NCBI GenBank assembly: GCA_963805975.1
Contig: CAWDVR010000004.1
Coordinates: 512,001 to 576,000, forward strand
Length of the DNA: 64,000 nucleotides
Origin: an uncultured Acidobacteriota bacterium
GTDB taxonomy: Bacteria > Acidobacteriota > Thermoanaerobaculia > Multivoradales > SZUA-115
Direction of reading: 5' to 3'
Shown: in pieces, positions 30,773 to 40,434 of the stretch
Numbering within the stretch: the first letter of the stretch is position 1
How the letters are laid out: every line of letters begins with the position of its first letter
Program-made: the position numbers and the translations under genes
The notes under the pieces: model-generated
Seen by the model: the letters and a program-made list of their open reading frames with translations, nothing else
Told to the model about the DNA's origin: nothing
Database searches by the model: none

Positions 30773-31150
30773 ATGACCTCAATCCCCCAGGATCGCAGCG
30801 CCCTGCCGCGAGCTCGCTCGCTGGTCGCTCTCCTCCTCGCGCTGCTCTGCCTGCTGAGCACGGCCGAGCTGCACCGCGACCACTCGCTGCTCGACGATCA
30901 CTCGTCGGCCGATCTCGGGTCCGCCGGTTGCCACCCGACGCTCGCGACGCACCTCGAGCCACCTCACGAGCCCGGTTCCCGGGAGTGTCCGGCCTGTCTG
31001 CTCCGTCTCGTCACCCGGGGCGCGATGCTGCCCACCGAGATGGCGTTCGACGCCTCGCTCGCGCCTCTCGGGAGAGTGGCGGAGCAGGGTTTCGCCGCTC
31101 GCTTCGCGCCGCCTGTCGCGAGCCTCTCCCGCGGTCCTCCCTCCGCCTAG
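30773..31150 (+). CDS. DUF2946-like upstream ORF with TM segment, CxxC and C-terminal RGPP motif
   Basis: LVALLLALLCLL, His-rich stretch, ECPAC and SRGPPSA-stop, 100 bp upstream of a TonB-dependent receptor. Confidence 0.75.
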   Translation: MTSIPQDRSALPRARSLVALLLALLCLLSTAELHRDHSLLDDHSSADLGSAGCHPTLATHLEPPHEPGSRECPACLLRLVTRGAMLPTEMAFDASLAPLGRVAEQGFAARFAPPVASLSRGPPSA

Positions 31151-31249
31151 ATCCTTCCCTTGCAGTCGCAGCCCTGTCCGGTTCCGCCGGTCGGGGTCTC
31201 CTTCGACGTCGCAAGCTCGCTCCGTCCACCGGGGCCGGGAGAAGTGATC

Positions 31250-33544
31250 ATGGCGAAGAGCCTTCAACACGCGCGTGTTCCGCGAGGCGTCCTGCTCGTT
31301 CTGACATCGTGGCTTGGTTTGGCCGGCGTGCTGCCGGCAGCGGCCCAGACGGCCACCGCTTCCGAGGCCCCGTCTTTCGGCGCCCTCACCGGCGAGGTCA
31401 CCACCGCCTCCGGCGAGCCGGTCGAGGGTGCCGAGGTGAGCCTGGTCGATCTCAGGCGCCGCACCCGCACCTCCGCGGACGGCAGCTTCCGCCTCGAAGG
31501 CCTGCCCGCCGGAAGCTATCTGCTCGAAGCCAGGAGCCTGGAGCACGGCGAAGGCTCGGCGCGGGTGGAGGTGCGTCCGGGAGCGGAGGCGAGCGTCCAG
31601 ATCCTCGTCGACCTCGCCCGGCTGCACGACGAGGTGGTGGTGACCGCCGGCGCCTCGGCCCGGCAGCAGCTCGAGCTCGCGCAGGCGTCGACCGTGCTCT
31701 CCGGTGACGACCTCGACCAGCGCCGCGACTCGACCCTGGGCGAGACCCTGGCGCAACAGCCGGGAATCAGCTCGACCTACTTCGGTCCTGGTGCCAGCCG
31801 GCCGGTGATCCGGGGCCTGGGAGGGGACCGCGTGCGCATGCTCTCGGACGGCCTGGGGAGCGCCGACGCCTCGAACGTGAGCCCGGACCACGCGGTGTCG
31901 GTCGACCCGGCGTCGGCCGAGCGCATCGAGGTGCTGCGCGGACCTTCGACGCTGCTCTACGGCTCGACCGCCATCGGCGGCGTGGTCAACGTGCTCGACA
32001 ACCGCATCCCCGGCTACGCGCCCGAGAAGCCGTTGACCGGCAGCGTGGAGCTCTCGGCCGGCACGGTGGCCGGCGAGCGGCAGGGCTCCCTGATGCTCGA
32101 AGGCGGCGCGGGCCGTTTCGCCTGGCATGCCGACTACCTGCAGCGCGAGACCGACGATTACGAGATCCCCGGCTTCGCCGAGGCGGACCCGCAAGAGGAC
32201 GAGGAGATGACCGGCGAGCTCGACAACAGCGCGCTCGACAGCGAGGCCGGGAGCATCGGCTTCTCGCTGGTGGGCGATACCGGGCTGATCGGCCTCTCGG
32301 TCAGCGGCTTCGACACTCTCTACGGCGTTCCCGGACACGAGCATGAGCACGAGGAAAAAGAGGAGGGCGGACCGGTGCGCATCGACCTCGAGCAGCGCCG
32401 GGTGGATCTCAAGGGCGAGCTCCGCCGCCCCTTCGGCCTCTGGAGCGGCGCCAGGCTGCGTCTCGGCTCGGCGGACTACGAGCATCGCGAGCTCGAAGGC
32501 GCCGAGGTCGGCACCACCTTCCTGAACGAATCGCTCGAGGGCCGCTTCGAGCTGGTGCAGCAGCGCACCCGCGGCGGCCTCTCCGGTTCCGTGGGTGTGC
32601 AGTACTCGACGAGCGACTTCGCGGCGATCGGTGCGGAGGCTTTCGTGCCGCCCTCGACCACGGATCTCGCAGCCGTCTTCGCCTTCGAGGAGATCCAGCG
32701 CGGCAAGCTCCGCTATCAATTCGGTGGCCGTTTCGAGAACCAGCAGGTGGACGTCGACTCCGAGCTGCCGGACCGCGACCTCTCCGGCCTCTCCGGCTCG
32801 CTGGGCCTGGTCTGGGAGCCCGCGGACGACTACTCGCTCTCCGTGTCCGTGGCCCGCTCCGTGCGCCTGCCCACCGCGACCGAGCTCTACGCCAACGGCC
32901 CGCACATCGCGACCGACGCCTTCGAAGTGGGCGACCCGGACCTCGACCAGGAGACCAGCCTGGGGGTGGACGTGTCGCTGCGCAAACGCACGGGCCGCTT
33001 CACGGCGACGCTCAACCTGTTCGCCAACCGCTTCGACGACTACGTGTTCGAGCGCTTCAACGGCGAGGAGCAGGACGGGCTCGCGGTGATCGTCTTCGAC
33101 CAGCAGGACGCGGAGTTCGTGGGCGGCGAGATCGAGGGCCTGGTCAACCTCTATCAGGGCGACCACGCGCATTTCGACCTGCTGTTGGGAACGGACTACG
33201 TGCGGGCCGAGCTGTCAGGCACCGGCGAGCCCCTGCCGCGCATCCCGCCGCGGCGCCACAAGCTGGGCGTGAGCTACCGCTACGACCGCCTGCGGGCCTT
33301 CGCCGAGGCGATCCGCGCCGAGAGCCAGGACCGGGCGAGCGACGAGGAGACGACGACCGCCGGCTACACGCTGCTCAACGCCGGCATCTCGTACCGGCTC
33401 TTCCTGGGCCCCACGGTGCTCGACCTGATGCTGCGTGGCCGCAACCTGGGCGACGAGGAGGCGCGCAACCACGTCTCGTTCCTCAAAGATGTAGCGCCGC
33501 TGCCGGGCCGGGACGTCAACCTCGGCGTGCGGCTGGCGTTCTAG
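31250..33544 (+). CDS. TonB-dependent receptor, ZnuD-like (metal uptake)
   Basis: Carboxypeptidase-regulatory-like N-domain; GASRPVIRG, SPDHAV, IEVLRGP; His-rich loop GHEHEHEE; ARNHVSFLKD; terminal Phe. Confidence 0.92.
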   Translation: MAKSLQHARVPRGVLLVLTSWLGLAGVLPAAAQTATASEAPSFGALTGEVTTASGEPVEGAEVSLVDLRRRTRTSADGSFRLEGLPAGSYLLEARSLEHGEGSARVEVRPGAEASVQILVDLARLHDEVVVTAGASARQQLELAQASTVLSGDDLDQRRDSTLGETLAQQPGISSTYFGPGASRPVIRGLGGDRVRMLSDGLGSADASNVSPDHAVSVDPASAERIEVLRGPSTLLYGSTAIGGVVNVLDNRIPGYAPEKPLTGSVELSAGTVAGERQGSLMLEGGAGRFAWHADYLQRETDDYEIPGFAEADPQEDEEMTGELDNSALDSEAGSIGFSLVGDTGLIGLSVSGFDTLYGVPGHEHEHEEKEEGGPVRIDLEQRRVDLKGELRRPFGLWSGARLRLGSADYEHRELEGAEVGTTFLNESLEGRFELVQQRTRGGLSGSVGVQYSTSDFAAIGAEAFVPPSTTDLAAVFAFEEIQRGKLRYQFGGRFENQQVDVDSELPDRDLSGLSGSLGLVWEPADDYSLSVSVARSVRLPTATELYANGPHIATDAFEVGDPDLDQETSLGVDVSLRKRTGRFTATLNLFANRFDDYVFERFNGEEQDGLAVIVFDQQDAEFVGGEIEGLVNLYQGDHAHFDLLLGTDYVRAELSGTGEPLPRIPPRRHKLGVSYRYDRLRAFAEAIRAESQDRASDEETTTAGYTLLNAGISYRLFLGPTVLDLMLRGRNLGDEEARNHVSFLKDVAPLPGRDVNLGVRLAF

Positions 33545-33548
33545 GGCA

Positions 33549-34145
33549 TCAACCCCTGCCCGGCTGCGGTTGGGGAAAGCCGTGCTCCAGTCGGAGGCGG
33601 TGGAAGGTGGTGAGAGCCACCACCGGGGCTCCCCGGTCGGGCACCACGTCCACGGCGCCGGCCGCGAGCGCGGCGGCGAACAGCGGCCGGAGGGCCCGTT
33701 CCATGGTGTTGACGCCGGGGCGGAGCGGGCTGATCTCGAGGCGCGTGGTGAGCCCCTCTCGCGCCAGGCTCGCCAGGGCAGAGAGAACGGACCTGGGGTC
33801 GGCGGCTCGCGGGTCCAGCCGGCGGGCGAGCTCGAGGTCAGCCGCCGGCAGGGAGAAGGTGAGGGTCACGGCATGGTGCTGGTCGAGCTCGCGGAGCAGG
33901 GCGAGGTCGGCAAGCACCCGGGGCGAGCCGGTCAGCAGAGAGATCTCGCGGCCCTCGAAGGCGAGCAGGCCTTCGAGACGCCTGTGGGTTGCCTCCGCGA
34001 GCTCGGCCGTGCCGTAGTCGTCGGGCCGCAGGGCGGCGGGCCGACGTGCACTGGCCGGCGCCCGGAGGACGGACCAGCGGGAGCTGAAGGGTGGAGCATC
34101 GAGGGGCAGCGCCGAAGAGTGAGACCAGAAGCCGACATCCGTCAT
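33549..34145 (-). CDS. Degenerate Rv2578c/SplB-like radical SAM homolog lacking the CxxxCxxC motif
   Basis: LLTGSPRVLADL..L, FSL...D.ELARRLDPRA and ISPLRPGVN resemble the partial TIM barrel of that family; the protein contains no Cys. Confidence 0.55.
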   Translation of the reverse strand: MTDVGFWSHSSALPLDAPPFSSRWSVLRAPASARRPAALRPDDYGTAELAEATHRRLEGLLAFEGREISLLTGSPRVLADLALLRELDQHHAVTLTFSLPAADLELARRLDPRAADPRSVLSALASLAREGLTTRLEISPLRPGVNTMERALRPLFAAALAAGAVDVVPDRGAPVVALTTFHRLRLEHGFPQPQPGRG

Positions 34146-34233
34146 CTTACGCCTCGTTTCTATCTTTGTAGCGCTCTATTTACGCCCATCTCTCGAGCTT
34201 GTCAAGCTCCTCCCATGGATTAGGATCGTGCCC

Positions 34234-35058
34234 ATGCCCGAGCTGCCGGAGATCGAGGTTCTGAAGCGGAGCCTGGCGCCGCGCCTGACCGGGGAGGTGA
34301 TCGAGCGCGTCGAGGTGCGCGACCGGCGGCTGCGGGAAGCGGTCCGCGGCGCCCACCTCGCCCGGACCACCGCCGGGCGTGAGGTCGTCGGCCTGCGCCG
34401 GCGGGCCAAGTACCTGTTGATCGACCTCGCGGGCGGCCAGACCCTCGTCATCCACCTCGGCATGAGCGGGCGGCTGACACTGGTCGATGCCGGCGAGCCC
34501 CTCGAGCCCCACGAGCACCTGGCCTTCTTCCTCGCCTCCGGCCAGCGCCTGCGTTTCCGCGATCCGCGGCGCTTTGGGCTCGCCCTGGTAGTGCCCACGG
34601 AGAAGCTCACGAGCGACCGCAGGTTCCGGGGCCTGGGCATCGAGCCGCTCGAGGAAGGCTTCTCCGGGGAGACGCTGGCCGCGGCGGCCCGCCGCCGTCG
34701 CGGACCGGTCAAGAGCTTCCTGATGGACGGCAGGATCGTGGTAGGCGTCGGGAACATCTACGCCAGCGAGTCGCTCCACCTGGCGGGGATCCACCCGACG
34801 CGTTCCGTGGCCCGGATCTCGCTCCCGAGCTGGGGGCGTCTGGCCGAGGCGGTGAAGGCGATCCTGAACCGGGCGATCGAGCAGGGCGGTACGACCTTGA
34901 ACGACTTCGCGGACGGCGAGGGCAACTCCGGCTACTTCCAGGTCTCGCTCGGCGTCTACGACCGCGAGGGCGCGGCCTGCACGCGCTGTGGCCGGCTCGT
35001 GCGGCGCATCGTCCAGGCGGGCCGCAGCACGTACTACTGTCCCGGCTGCCAGCGCTAG
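34234..35058 (+). CDS. mutM: Formamidopyrimidine-DNA glycosylase
   Basis: MPELPE, HLGMSG, DPRRFG, GVGNIYASE and C-terminal zinc finger ending CPGCQ. Confidence 0.98.
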   Translation: MPELPEIEVLKRSLAPRLTGEVIERVEVRDRRLREAVRGAHLARTTAGREVVGLRRRAKYLLIDLAGGQTLVIHLGMSGRLTLVDAGEPLEPHEHLAFFLASGQRLRFRDPRRFGLALVVPTEKLTSDRRFRGLGIEPLEEGFSGETLAAAARRRRGPVKSFLMDGRIVVGVGNIYASESLHLAGIHPTRSVARISLPSWGRLAEAVKAILNRAIEQGGTTLNDFADGEGNSGYFQVSLGVYDREGAACTRCGRLVRRIVQAGRSTYYCPGCQR

Positions 35059-35090
35059 TCGCAATACCGTTCACTGAAGCCTCTTTGCTC

Positions 35091-35116
35091 GTCATTCCCG
35101 CGAAAGCGGGGATGAC
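35091..35116. repeat. REP-like palindrome GTCATTCCCGC-GAAA-GCGGGGATGAC
   Basis: Near-perfect intergenic hairpin with GAAA loop downstream of mutM; may act as a terminator. Confidence 0.7.
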
Positions 35117-35211
35117 GGCAGGAAGCGAAGAGCTCGATTGGAGGACAGTCGCTCAGTGAACAGTGTTGGCGCTAGCCACGGGTACGGAAGGCCGGCGTAC
35201 AATCCCTGGCC

Positions 35212-35859
35212 GTGAGCGCTTCCCCGGAAACCACCATGCGCCCCGTCGTCCTCGGCGTCGCCGGCGGCACCGGCTCGGGCAAGACCACGGTGGTGCGGGA
35301 GATTCTCGCCGCGGTGGGCGCGGAGCGCATCGCCTTCCTCGAGCAGGACAGCTACTACCTCGACGTCGTGTGGGGGAGCGCCCAGGAGCTCAAGGCGCAC
35401 AACTTCGATCACCCGGACTCGCTCGACAGCCCGCTGCTCACCGAGCACGTGCGTGCCTTGAAGGCGGGCCAGGCGGTCGAAGTGCCGATCTACGACTTCG
35501 TGATCCATCGCCGGCGGCAGGAAGCCCGCCGCGTGGAGCCGCGGCCGGTGGTGCTGCTCGAGGGCATTCTGCTCTTCGTGGAACGCGAGCTGCGCGACCT
35601 CCTGGACTTCAAGATCTACGTCGACACTGACTCGGACCTGCGGCTGATCCGGCGCCTGAAGCGCGACATGCAGGAGCGCGGGCGGACGTCGGACGACATC
35701 CTGCGCCAGTACCTGGAGACCGTGCGGCCCATGCACCTCGAGTTCGTCGAGCCCTCGAAGCGCTGGGCGGACGTCATCATCCCCGAGGGCGGCGAGAACC
35801 AGGTCGCCCTCGACATGGTGGTGGCCCGGGTCGAGCAGCTGTTGGGCGCGGGGATGTAG
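35212..35859 (+). CDS. udk: Uridine kinase
   Basis: GVAGGTGSGKTT, QDSYY, NFDHP, RRLKRD...RGR and EPSKRWADVIIP. Confidence 0.96.
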   Translation: MSASPETTMRPVVLGVAGGTGSGKTTVVREILAAVGAERIAFLEQDSYYLDVVWGSAQELKAHNFDHPDSLDSPLLTEHVRALKAGQAVEVPIYDFVIHRRRQEARRVEPRPVVLLEGILLFVERELRDLLDFKIYVDTDSDLRLIRRLKRDMQERGRTSDDILRQYLETVRPMHLEFVEPSKRWADVIIPEGGENQVALDMVVARVEQLLGAGM

Positions 35860-35867
35860 CTTCCGGC

Positions 35868-35908
35868 CCCCTCGCCCCGCTTGCGGGGAGAGGGTTGGGG
35901 TGAGGGGC
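35868..35908. repeat. CIR/REP-like intergenic palindromic element
   Basis: CCCTCGCCCCGCTTGCGGGGAGAGGGTTGGGGTGAGGGG between convergent genes. Confidence 0.7.
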
Positions 35909-35914
35909 CTTCAG

Positions 35915-36421
35915 CTACTTCTTGAGCGCCACTGTGAGGCTCTTCGCGAGCGGCAGGCCCGGCACGGCCTCGAGCGGCTCCCAGGTCTCGACCCCCGCGG
36001 CATCCGGCCCGACTTTCATCCACCGCGCCTCGGCGAGCGTCACCTCGACTGTCATCTTGCCGTCCGCCGGCGCCGGCCGGCCGGTCTCGCTCGCCCAGAA
36101 GTTGTACAGCTTGAGCTCCGTGACCTGGCCCGGTGCGAGGGCTTGCAGGAACATCTGGTTGCGGTAGACGGGGAGCTCGTGGCCGGCGGCCGTGACCTTG
36201 AAACGCAGCATCGAAGCCGGCTTGTCGCCCGCGTTCCGGAGCTTCAGGCGCAGGCGGCAGAGCGTCGTCGCGGTCGGCGCCGCGGGCTCGAGCACGATCT
36301 CCTCGATCGCCAGCGCCGAGACGGGCGGGGGCGGGGCCTGTGCCGCGCCCTGCGAGGTCCCGAAAAAGGCCAGCAGCACGGTGGCGAGCAGGACGGCGAC
36401 GGCGGGTCGGTGGGCGTGCAT
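35915..36421 (-). CDS. Hypothetical secreted protein (Ig-like beta-sandwich)
   Basis: Signal-like N-terminus followed by a beta-rich domain; GC-typical codon usage. Confidence 0.7.
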   Translation of the reverse strand: MHAHRPAVAVLLATVLLAFFGTSQGAAQAPPPPVSALAIEEIVLEPAAPTATTLCRLRLKLRNAGDKPASMLRFKVTAAGHELPVYRNQMFLQALAPGQVTELKLYNFWASETGRPAPADGKMTVEVTLAEARWMKVGPDAAGVETWEPLEAVPGLPLAKSLTVALKK

Positions 36422-36472
36422 CGGTGGGATCTTACCCGCTTTGAGAGGCGCCGCGGCTGCTAGCATGGCGCG

Positions 36473-37153
36473 ATGAAGGAAGGCATCGGATCGATCCTCC
36501 GCCCCGCGCAGGAGCGCTACCTGGAGCGGCTGCTGCCGCCTCGCCAGGCGCTCCTGGCCGAGATGGAGGCGCACGCGGCCCGCGAGGAGGTGCCGATCTC
36601 CGACCCGGAGGTCGGGCGCCTCCTCGAGGTGCTGGCCCGCGGCCGCGGCGCGAGGCGCATCGTCGAGGTCGGCACGGCGATCGGCTACGGCACGCTCTGC
36701 CTGGCCCGGGGCGCGCCCGAGGCGAGAGTGCTGTCGATCGACAACGATCCGGCGCGCCTCGCCCTGGCGCGCGGCTATCTGGAACGAGCCGGAGTGATGG
36801 AGCGGGTCGAGCTGGTCGAGGGCACGGCGCTCGAGGTACTGCCGAACCTGGCACCGGGGATCGACCTCGCCTACGTGGACGCGGTCAAGACCGAGTACCG
36901 GCGCTACCTCGACCTGCTCCTGCCGAACCTCGCGGTGGGCGGGCTGATCGTCTTCGACAACCTGCTGTGGAAGGGCTGGATCGCCGAGCCGCCGGACGAG
37001 GAGGAAGACGACTCGACCCGCGCGCTCCGCGCCTTCAACGGCTACTTGATGTCGCATCCGCAGCTCGCGGCGGTGCTGCTGCCTCTGGGCGATGGTGTGG
37101 GCCTCGCCACCAAGACCCGCCCGCTCATGACCGAGCTGGGCGGCCCCTGGTAG
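36473..37153 (+). CDS. O-methyltransferase (caffeoyl-CoA OMT/YrrM type)
   Basis: VEVGTAIGYG, YVDAVK, GGLIVFDNLLW and PLGDGV. Confidence 0.93.
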   Translation: MKEGIGSILRPAQERYLERLLPPRQALLAEMEAHAAREEVPISDPEVGRLLEVLARGRGARRIVEVGTAIGYGTLCLARGAPEARVLSIDNDPARLALARGYLERAGVMERVELVEGTALEVLPNLAPGIDLAYVDAVKTEYRRYLDLLLPNLAVGGLIVFDNLLWKGWIAEPPDEEEDDSTRALRAFNGYLMSHPQLAAVLLPLGDGVGLATKTRPLMTELGGPW

Positions 37154-37218
37154 CGCGCCTGAGATCTGCTGCGTGGTCGAACTGCTGCGCTGCTGGTTTC
37201 CTGCACTAGCTCGCTACG

Positions 37219-38595
37219 CTAGCGCGGCGAGTCGGCGCGGGCGCCGACGTCGCTCGCCCGCATGCGGTGCGTGACCTCGCGCATCAGCGCCACCGTGACC
37301 TGCTCGGCGACGGCGGCCTCGCGGAACAGCAGCACGGCGGCCAAGGCCTCGCGCTCGATGTCCAGCGCCTGGAAGATCGGCAGCACCTCTTCGGCGATCT
37401 GCCGGATCTCGGCGCTCCTGCCCTGGCGGGCGTAGACCTCGGCAAGGTCGAGCGACACCGCGGCCGCCTGGGCGCTGAGGCCCTGCGCCACGAAGCCGCT
37501 GCGTGCGCGTTCCAGGCAAGCCTCGGCCTGCTGTTCCTGGCCCAGGCCGCCGGCGATGATCCCCTGCACCCAGAGGCGCTTCTGCCGGAGTAGAGGGTCG
37601 GCGTAGATCTCGTAGAGCTCGCGGCTCTTGCTGAACAAGGCCCGCGCTTCCATGAAGCGTCCGGCGTCGGCAAGGTATTGGATGAGGTTGTGCGCGGTGC
37701 CGAGCGCCAGCCGGGGCTCGCGTTCCAAGTCCAGGAGCTTCATCGCCCCTTGCAGGGTGGAGATCGCGCGCTCGGGATCGCAGCGCTCGCGGTGGAGGTT
37801 GGCGAGGACCACCATGGCCCGGCCTGCGAGGTGGGGGTCGCCTACCCTGCGAAACGAGGCGATGGCGCGCCGCAGCAGCGGCTCCACCTCGTCCAGGCGC
37901 CGCTGGTAGAGATGGAGAGTGGCACGGCGCTGGAGATAGAGCGCCCACTCCACCGGGTCCTCGGTGCCGGTTGCCAGCAGCTCGCCGGCGCGATCGAAGG
38001 CTTCCTCGGCCCCTTGGAGGTCGGTCGCGAGACGCCGGCAGTTGCCGATGTGGACCCAGCAGCGCCCCAGGAGATCGTTGAGGATCGGCGCCTGGTAGAG
38101 CGGCGGCTCGAACCGCTCGGCGATGGCGAGGGCCAAGGTGGCGAGATCCTCGGCATGGCGGGGGTCCGTGGACCAGGCCTGAGAGCAGCGCTCGATCAGG
38201 TGCTGGGCAAGTCCCCAGCTCTGGTAACGCCGGGTGTTGCGAACCAAGACCTGCTGCCGCGCCGGAGGGTGCCGCACGAGGTCGGTGTAGAGGAAGGGAG
38301 CTTGCTCGCGCTCGCGCTCCAGGCTCTCTTGCCGCTCCGCCAGCATCTCGAGGCTCTTGGCGATCGCCGACTCGTAGATGTGGCTCTCGGCAACCGGATT
38401 TTCCGCCGGCGCCTCGTTGCCGAGCCGGGAGAGGAGGTCCGCGGTCACGGCGCGCCCCTGCGCCGTCGCCTCCACCTGCTCGCGGCACGTGGGGCAGTGG
38501 AACAGGTGCCAGCCCACCTGCACCTTCTCGCGGCGGCCGAGCCGGCCGGAGGCGAAGCGATCCAGGAAGTCCGGGTCAGGGTGTTCCCTGGGCAT
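37219..38595 (-). CDS. TPR-repeat protein with N-terminal zf-HC2-like zinc finger
   Basis: REHP...HLFHCPTCRE followed by tandem helical TPR-like repeats. Confidence 0.8.
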   Translation of the reverse strand: MPREHPDPDFLDRFASGRLGRREKVQVGWHLFHCPTCREQVEATAQGRAVTADLLSRLGNEAPAENPVAESHIYESAIAKSLEMLAERQESLEREREQAPFLYTDLVRHPPARQQVLVRNTRRYQSWGLAQHLIERCSQAWSTDPRHAEDLATLALAIAERFEPPLYQAPILNDLLGRCWVHIGNCRRLATDLQGAEEAFDRAGELLATGTEDPVEWALYLQRRATLHLYQRRLDEVEPLLRRAIASFRRVGDPHLAGRAMVVLANLHRERCDPERAISTLQGAMKLLDLEREPRLALGTAHNLIQYLADAGRFMEARALFSKSRELYEIYADPLLRQKRLWVQGIIAGGLGQEQQAEACLERARSGFVAQGLSAQAAAVSLDLAEVYARQGRSAEIRQIAEEVLPIFQALDIEREALAAVLLFREAAVAEQVTVALMREVTHRMRASDVGARADSPR

Positions 38596-38765
38596 TCAGG
38601 CTCCGTATCATCGCTTCAGGATACATCTTCTCCCTCGCGATTGAGAAGGCCGCGATGCAAAGGCATCACGCACCGAGATCCATCGTGTTCGACGGCGCAT
38701 TATACGCGCCTTCCCATTTTAAGCCAGCCGCAACTGCTTGCTGGGCTGAAGCACTGCTCTTCTTC

Positions 38766-39053
38766 TTACGGTGCAACCCCTCCGAAGTTGGGGCTGACAG
38801 TCTGCCTCTCGACGTCGTCGGGGTGCAGGGGCACCGAGTCGTCCGGGTTCCAGGTGCTCCCGATCTTCGAGCGGTCGTCCTGGAGCCAGCGTCCGACGGG
38901 CGACTCGAGCACCCAGGCCATCACGAGCTCCCAGAGGCCGGACTCGAAGGCCGGCCGGCGGGGGGCGGCCCAGGCCGGTGCGGCCACTGCGACGCAAAGC
39001 GCGATCACCAGCGAACCGGCGATCAGTTGACGAGTCGACGAATGCATGGACAT
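38766..39053 (-). CDS. Small secreted protein/peptide precursor
   Basis: RBS GAGGAG; signal ending APAWA; Trp-rich helix and KIGSTWNPDD...HPDD tail. Confidence 0.65.
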   Translation of the reverse strand: MSMHSSTRQLIAGSLVIALCVAVAAPAWAAPRRPAFESGLWELVMAWVLESPVGRWLQDDRSKIGSTWNPDDSVPLHPDDVERQTVSPNFGGVAP

Positions 39054-39344
39054 CGGTGCTCTCCTCAGGTTCGGGCCCAGATTGGGCGAGTAGGTCTGTC
39101 CCACTGCCATTCTCCCCTTTTGAGCCGCTCCGAGCCCTCGGTGGGCCTGACGGCATTGCTGGGCGCAGACATTCTCGGGCGGCAACCACTCGGAGGAGTA
39201 TAAATCTTTCAGTTACTGCAGAAAGAGCAGAAGCCAACTGAGACATGATGAGCCCTCAACTAGTGAGGAGACACCAAGGGGCCAATTAGTGACAAACCGG
39301 GATCGATTAGCGTGTTTCATCGCGATGATAGACTGCGCCGTCTA

Positions 39345-39992
39345 ATGCTCGTCACCGCTCCCGCCAAGACCCGGATCTCCGAAAGCCTCGCCCGGGCGCC
39401 GGTCATCGGCGTCGTCCGCGCTGCCTCGTTCGAGGAAGGGCGGGCCCAGGCGGAGGCATTTCTCGATTCCGGCCTCGAGCTCGTGGAGATCACTTTCACG
39501 GTGCCGCGGGCGACCGCCTTGGTGGCCGAGCTCTTGGCCAGGCGGGTCGAAGGCCCCCCCTGGATCGGGATGGGGACGGTGACCAACCCGAGCCGGGTCG
39601 CCGCGGCCGTGGCTGCGGGCGCGGAGTTCCTGGTGAGCCCCAACGCGGGCCGGGAGCTGCTCGCGGCGGCGCGGGAGAGCGAGCTGTTTCTGGTCGCCGG
39701 GGCGCTGACCCCCACCGAGATCGTGGCGGCGAGCGAGGGCGGCGCCGACCTGGTCAAGGTCTACCCACTGCCGCCGGTGGGCGGGGCCGGCTATCTGGCG
39801 ACGATCCGCCAGCCGCTGGGAGATATCGCGATGCTGGCCGCCGGCGGCTTCGGAGTGGACGAGATCCCCGCCTACCGCCGGGCGGGTGCCGTTGCCTTCG
39901 GTCTGGGCTCGCCGCTCCTCGGGGCCGATCGGGAGGAGACGCGGCGGCGCGTCTCGCGCGCCCTCGAGCTGGCGCGCGGAGAGGAGGCTTGA
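39345..39992 (+). CDS. KDPG/KHG aldolase family protein
   Basis: IGVVR, VEITFTVP, GMGTV, FLVSP, GALTPTEI and VKVYP. Confidence 0.9.
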   Translation: MLVTAPAKTRISESLARAPVIGVVRAASFEEGRAQAEAFLDSGLELVEITFTVPRATALVAELLARRVEGPPWIGMGTVTNPSRVAAAVAAGAEFLVSPNAGRELLAAARESELFLVAGALTPTEIVAASEGGADLVKVYPLPPVGGAGYLATIRQPLGDIAMLAAGGFGVDEIPAYRRAGAVAFGLGSPLLGADREETRRRVSRALELARGEEA

Positions 39993-40411
39993 TGAGCACG
40001 ACGACACCCCCTCGGCACGTGGTCTTCGACGCCACGCCCGAGATCTTTGCCAGCGACAGCAACGGCAGCTTCTCGTTTCCGCTGGTGGTGAGCGGCAACG
40101 CCGTGATCCCTTCCAGCGACTATGACGAGGCCCGCTTCGTGGTCTCGATCTGGCATCCTTCCGGCCAGCGCTCGATCGATCTCGACCGCGCCTACGTCGA
40201 GCTGCGCGCCTGCTTCGATCAGGAAGACCAGCATTGGATCAAGCTCGCCGAGATCGAGCCGGTGGTCCCTCCCTACTCCGGCGGCGAGAGCTTCGACGGC
40301 TGGGTGGTGCTGCCGGTGATGGCGGCCGAGAGTTCCTTCGCCGTGGTCGGCAGCGGCTTCGACTCGCGGGCGCGGGTCCAGGTGCGGGCGAGCGTCTACC
40401 TCGTGGCGTAA
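39992..40411 (+). CDS. Hypothetical protein
   Basis: Translationally coupled (TGATG) to the aldolase; RBS GAGGAGG; beta-rich. Confidence 0.75.
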   Translation: MSTTTPPRHVVFDATPEIFASDSNGSFSFPLVVSGNAVIPSSDYDEARFVVSIWHPSGQRSIDLDRAYVELRACFDQEDQHWIKLAEIEPVVPPYSGGESFDGWVVLPVMAAESSFAVVGSGFDSRARVQVRASVYLVA

Positions 40412-40434
40412 GGCGCGGCGGGGACGAGCGGCGA

